Of a stretch of DNA of 64,000 nucleotides, positions 60,415-64,000 are shown in pieces (position 1 is the first letter of the stretch; each line of letters starts with the position of its first letter). A program made the translations under genes and the position numbers. The DNA comes from Chlorokybus atmophyticus. Taxonomy: Eukaryota; Plantae; Mesostigma and Chlorokybus algae. The stretch lies in the NCBI GenBank assembly GCA_009103225.1, contig RHPI01002568.1, positions 13,742 to 77,741 of the forward strand, written 5' to 3'. The notes beneath the pieces were generated by a model. That model made no database searches. It was given only the letters and a program-made list of their open reading frames with translations, and was not told the DNA's origin.

Positions 60415-63197
60415 TGTTGAGGATATTCTTGTATCCGGTCAGCTTGCCCTGTGGATAAGAATAGCCGCGAGAAGATTCAGGTGCGAGAAGGTTCCAGTCG
60501 AGAAAGGTCCAGGAAAGGACTTCAGTCGAGAAGGTTCCAGGCGCGGAGTCGAGTCCGGAGTCTGAAGACTTCCAGGCGCTGTAGAAGAAACGTTGTAGCT
60601 CGGTGGTTACGTCATTGTATGGCGCGTGTCATAGCTTGTTGGAAAGCTCTTGAAAGTAGCTACGTGGTGCAACTCTAGCGCAAGCATCGGTTGAGTGTAG
60701 AAGTCGTGGTGGCTTCTAAAGTAGACAGGTGCAGAACTGGCGGGTATAAAAGCCCGCGGTATGACTTTGCTGTAATCCTTAGAAAGCCTTTTAGATCAGC
60801 CTTGTGTGTATGCTCTGGTAGAGTGTGTGTACTTGTGCTTGCACCAACTCCATGCATGGTCTGTAGTGTCCGAATCTCAACAGGTTATGGGCCCACACTA
60901 CGCTGGTGTAGCAAGTGTCTAAAGGCGTGATAACGGCAGTAGACTAGGCAAGGAGTTCTAGCTAAGTCTTGTGAGGTTGGGTGAGTCTTGGAAGATGGCA
61001 ACCAACTACGACAAGGTGACCGTGGAGCCTTTGGACGTGGACAACTACAACACATAGAGCGTGCGCATGAAGATGTTGCTGGTACATAAAGACTTGTGGG
61101 AGTGGGTGGACCTGGAGGAGGCTGACCCTATGTCTACAAGGCAGAGTTCGGTGTTTAAGCAGCAAAGTGGGAGAGCGCTTGCCCTGATCGGTCTCAACGT
61201 GAAGGACCATCACTTGGTGTTGGTGGACGGCTGCAAGACTGCACGAGAAGCTTGGGAGAAATTGGCATCGCACTTCAAGGCGAAGAATAGCGCGAGGAAG
61301 GTGCAGCTGAAGAGAGAGCTCGCTGGGTTGAAGAAGCAAGGCGCAGCGGAGCCGCTTACCAAGTATGTGTCGCGTGCACGAGAGTTGCAGAAGGACCTTC
61401 AAGGTGTTGGCTATGAGGTGAAAGAGTACGAGTTGGTGTGGCAAGTACTGTCCTGGTTGCCTGAAGAGTATGACACGGTGATCACGGTCTTGGAGGGCTT
61501 GGAGGCAGAACCACGGTGGACGAGGTGGTTCCAAGATTGCTGCAGGTGGAGTCGAGGCTGGCGAAGAAGCATGAGGAAGGCCCAGAGGCGTTGGCTTTCT
61601 CAGCGACTTTAGGAAGAGGCACTGATCAGTATCAGCATGGGTCTGGGCGTTTCAGTGGTGATGGTGGCGGTTCTAGTGGTGGTGGTAGAGGAGCGTCAAG
61701 GAGTGACAGGGTCTGCTACTATTGCGGGAAGAAGGGCCATATCAGGGTGCATTGCTCGATGAGGAAGCAACACGAAGAGGAGCGTGGTGGAGAGAAGCAT
61801 CATGCCATGACGGGACGTGTTCGAGAAACGCCTATGGCCTTTCATGCAACAACGGATGGTGAGGCAGCTGGTTGCTGGACTCGGGTTGCACGAGGCATAT
61901 GACGGGTGATCGTGAGAAGTTGGCGAAGTACAAGGTCTTGGAGAAACCTACGAAGGTGAAGTTCGGCAAGACGGAGGTGTTCGCAGTTGGTGTAGGAGAA
62001 GCCAAATCCTGTCCCAGGTTGGAGGAAGGACGAGGCAAGTGTTGTTGAGAGAGGTTTTGTATGTCCCAGGGCTAGAGGTTAGCCTATTCTCTGTGCGCAT
62101 CGCGGCGAGAGTTGGTGCTGTGACAGTGTTTAGTGGGGACATAGGAAGGGTAGTGCTGCGTGGTGTCACAGAGTTGGTTGGCATCAACGTTGGAGGGCTC
62201 TACATCATTATGGATGTCAAGGGTGCGGAGATGCACAAGAAGACCAAGGTGGAGGTGTCCAAGTCAGCACCGGTTGTGAAGAAGATGAAGTAGAAGGCCA
62301 AGGTCGAGCCTGTTACTCATAAGGGAGCGGGAGCTCAAGAGAAGGTGACGAATAGCGTGTCACATGCGAGTGGTGGAGTAATTCCACGTGTGGAGGTTGC
62401 TGGTGGTGTCAAGAAGGCTGAAGGTGCAGTTCCGGAGCCCGTGGGAGCCAAATGAGGCGTTGGCATCAGCAAGGACAAGAAGGAGAAGCATGGTAGTAGT
62501 GGTGTGCAGGACGTTGCCGAGAGTGAGCACGTGGGAGCACATGCAAATGACCATGAGAGTTGCAATAAGGGTGTGCAAGTGAAGAGCTTCAAGGAGGCGC
62601 TCATGAGAGGTGCGGGAAGTGTTTTCAAGATGGTTGAAAGAGCAAAGGATGGCGTGGGAGTTCGTCGCGCATAAGTACGCAAGGAGTTGGCATCGAAGGT
62701 GTTAAAGGCCAAGCTGCCCGCGTGGGAGTGTTGAGAATATTCTTGTATCCGGTCAGCTTGCCCTGTGGATAAAAATAGCCACGAGAAGATTCAGGTGCGA
62801 GAAGGTTCCAGTCGATAAAGGTCCAGGCGAGGACTTCAGTCGAGAAGGTTCCAGGCGCGGAGTCGAGTCCGGAGTCTGGAGACTTCCAGGCGCTGTAGAA
62901 GAAACGTTGTAGCTCGGTGGTTACGTTATTGTATGGCGCGTGTCATAGCTTGTTGAAAAGCTCTTGAAAGTAGCTACGCGGTGCAACTTAGAGCGCAGGC
63001 ATCGGTTGAGTGTAGAAGTCGTGGTGGCTTCTAGAGTAGACAGGTGCAGAACTGGCGGGTATAAAAGCCCGCGGTATGACTTTGTTGTAATCCTTAGAAA
63101 GCCTTTTGGATCAGCCTTGTGTGTATGCTCTGGTAGAGTGTGTGTACTTGTGCTTGCACCAAATCCATGCATGGTCTGTAGTGTCCGAATCTCAACA
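60415..63197 (+). mobile_element. Non-autonomous Copia-like element B (LTR-gag-PR-tail-LTR, TR-GAG-like), TSD CGATT
   Basis: LTRs 60415-60882 and 62729-63197. PBS GGTTATGGGCCCAC 60883. Gag starts at ATG 60995 (TAG at 61055, frameshifts) and includes CYYCGKKGHIRVHC. PR-like W-LDSGCTRHM follows; IN, RT and RH are absent. TSD 60410-60414 and 63198-63202. Confidence 0.93.
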
Positions 63198-64000
63198 CGA
63201 TTTCGTGGGCTTGGTCTCTCCCATGCCAGGTTGGCCGTTCGCATCACGGTGACCAGCGTGCACGTTGTTTATACAGTAAAGACAGCCCCATAAAAATTGC
63301 GGCGCTGTGGACGACCTCCTTCGAGCCATGGTGTACTGCCTGGGACTGTCCACCGTGCCAAGAGACTGTCAACACCTACCCAATAGCACCCTGAACCAAA
63401 CCCTTCACCCTCAATCTTCGCTCAACAACAACAACAACTATGCCAAAGGTCTTGCAGCGCTTATGTACGCCGCCAACCCACAGACAGCCGTTGATCATGG
63501 TGCTGACAGCCGTCAATTCCTAGGTGAGTTCAACCCTAATTTACCGGCAGCCGCGTCGCTCTCTTGGCGAGTTGCATTGTTGCGCTCCTTGTGCGGCTTG
63601 TGCAAACTCACAGCGCTTGTGCGGCTTGTGTGGTTGTTATGTAAGGCACTGATCCGACAGTCCCGGTTGTTTATGTAAGGCACTGGTCCGACAATCCCTA
63701 TTGACAGTGCACAGCTTGCGTTGCTCACTTGCTGTGGTGCCAGGACACTTGCACTTTTGTTGTGCTGTTTGCCAGTTGATTTCAGCTGTTGGAAGGTGAG
63801 CAGGTTGCTTACAAGCTTGAATGCTGCTTGCTTGCTTGCATGACAGGCGACAGCTTGGGTTGCTCACTTGCTGTGGTGCCAGGAAACTTGCACTTGTGCT
63901 GTGCTGTTTGCCGGTTGTTTTCAGCTGTTGAAAGGTGAGCAGGTTGCTTACAAGCTTGAAAGCTTGCTTGCTTGTATGACAGTCTCTATTGACAGTCGAC

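Larger units (their letters stand above)
50244..63330 (-). pseudogene. SET/coiled-coil gene copy 2 (3'-truncated, interrupted, frameshifted just before the SET DY)
   Basis: GAELGLFACKDIPNG, AAYINSAHRHTQPNV, and YANRDIKAGEELL followed by a 1-nt deletion (~58978). About 125 bp are deleted at ~60126. The coiled-coil ORF is 50359-51366. Confidence 0.88.
50244..64000 (+). mobile_element. Second, older copy of the CACTA internal region (homologous to ~5366-10470), split by four nested insertions
   Basis: Collinear blocks: 50244-51436 = 5366-6560, 56848-57525 = 6556-7233, 57975-60414 = 7229-9848, 63198-64000 = 9844-~10470. No transposase is present on the left. Confidence 0.92.

Overview
Eukaryotic, intron-containing, repeat-saturated DNA. 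The splice signals, half-tRNAiMet-primed Copia elements, chromovirus and Crypton together suggest a green alga (inference). No host housekeeping gene is evident. In order: (1) 1-~14.1 kb, the right part of a large CACTA/EnSpm-like DNA transposon. It has a spliced Tnp2-type transposase (+), an antisense multi-exon gene combining a SET lysine-methyltransferase domain with acidic, coiled-coil and Pro-rich regions (-), a probable TnpA/Tnp1-like gene (+) and a subterminal palindromic repeat array; the whole element is studded with a GACWGTC motif. (2) A degraded Helitron RepHel (~14.2-22.3 kb). (3) A shared-LTR tandem of a deleted chromovirus (22.3-26.0 kb). (4) An intron-rich Crypton-like tyrosine recombinase gene (29.8-35.3 kb). 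(5) An LTR-gag-LTR chromovirus derivative with TSD (35.6-38.0 kb). (6) A decayed Gypsy with a C-terminal PHD finger, interrupted by a young Copia (39.5-46.9 kb). (7) A second, older copy of the SET gene region (50.2-64 kb) broken by four nested Copia-family insertions, each with a readable 5-bp TSD. The best candidate for an undescribed system is the SET-carrying CACTA with its motif network. All counts and alignments were made by eye, with no database searches.
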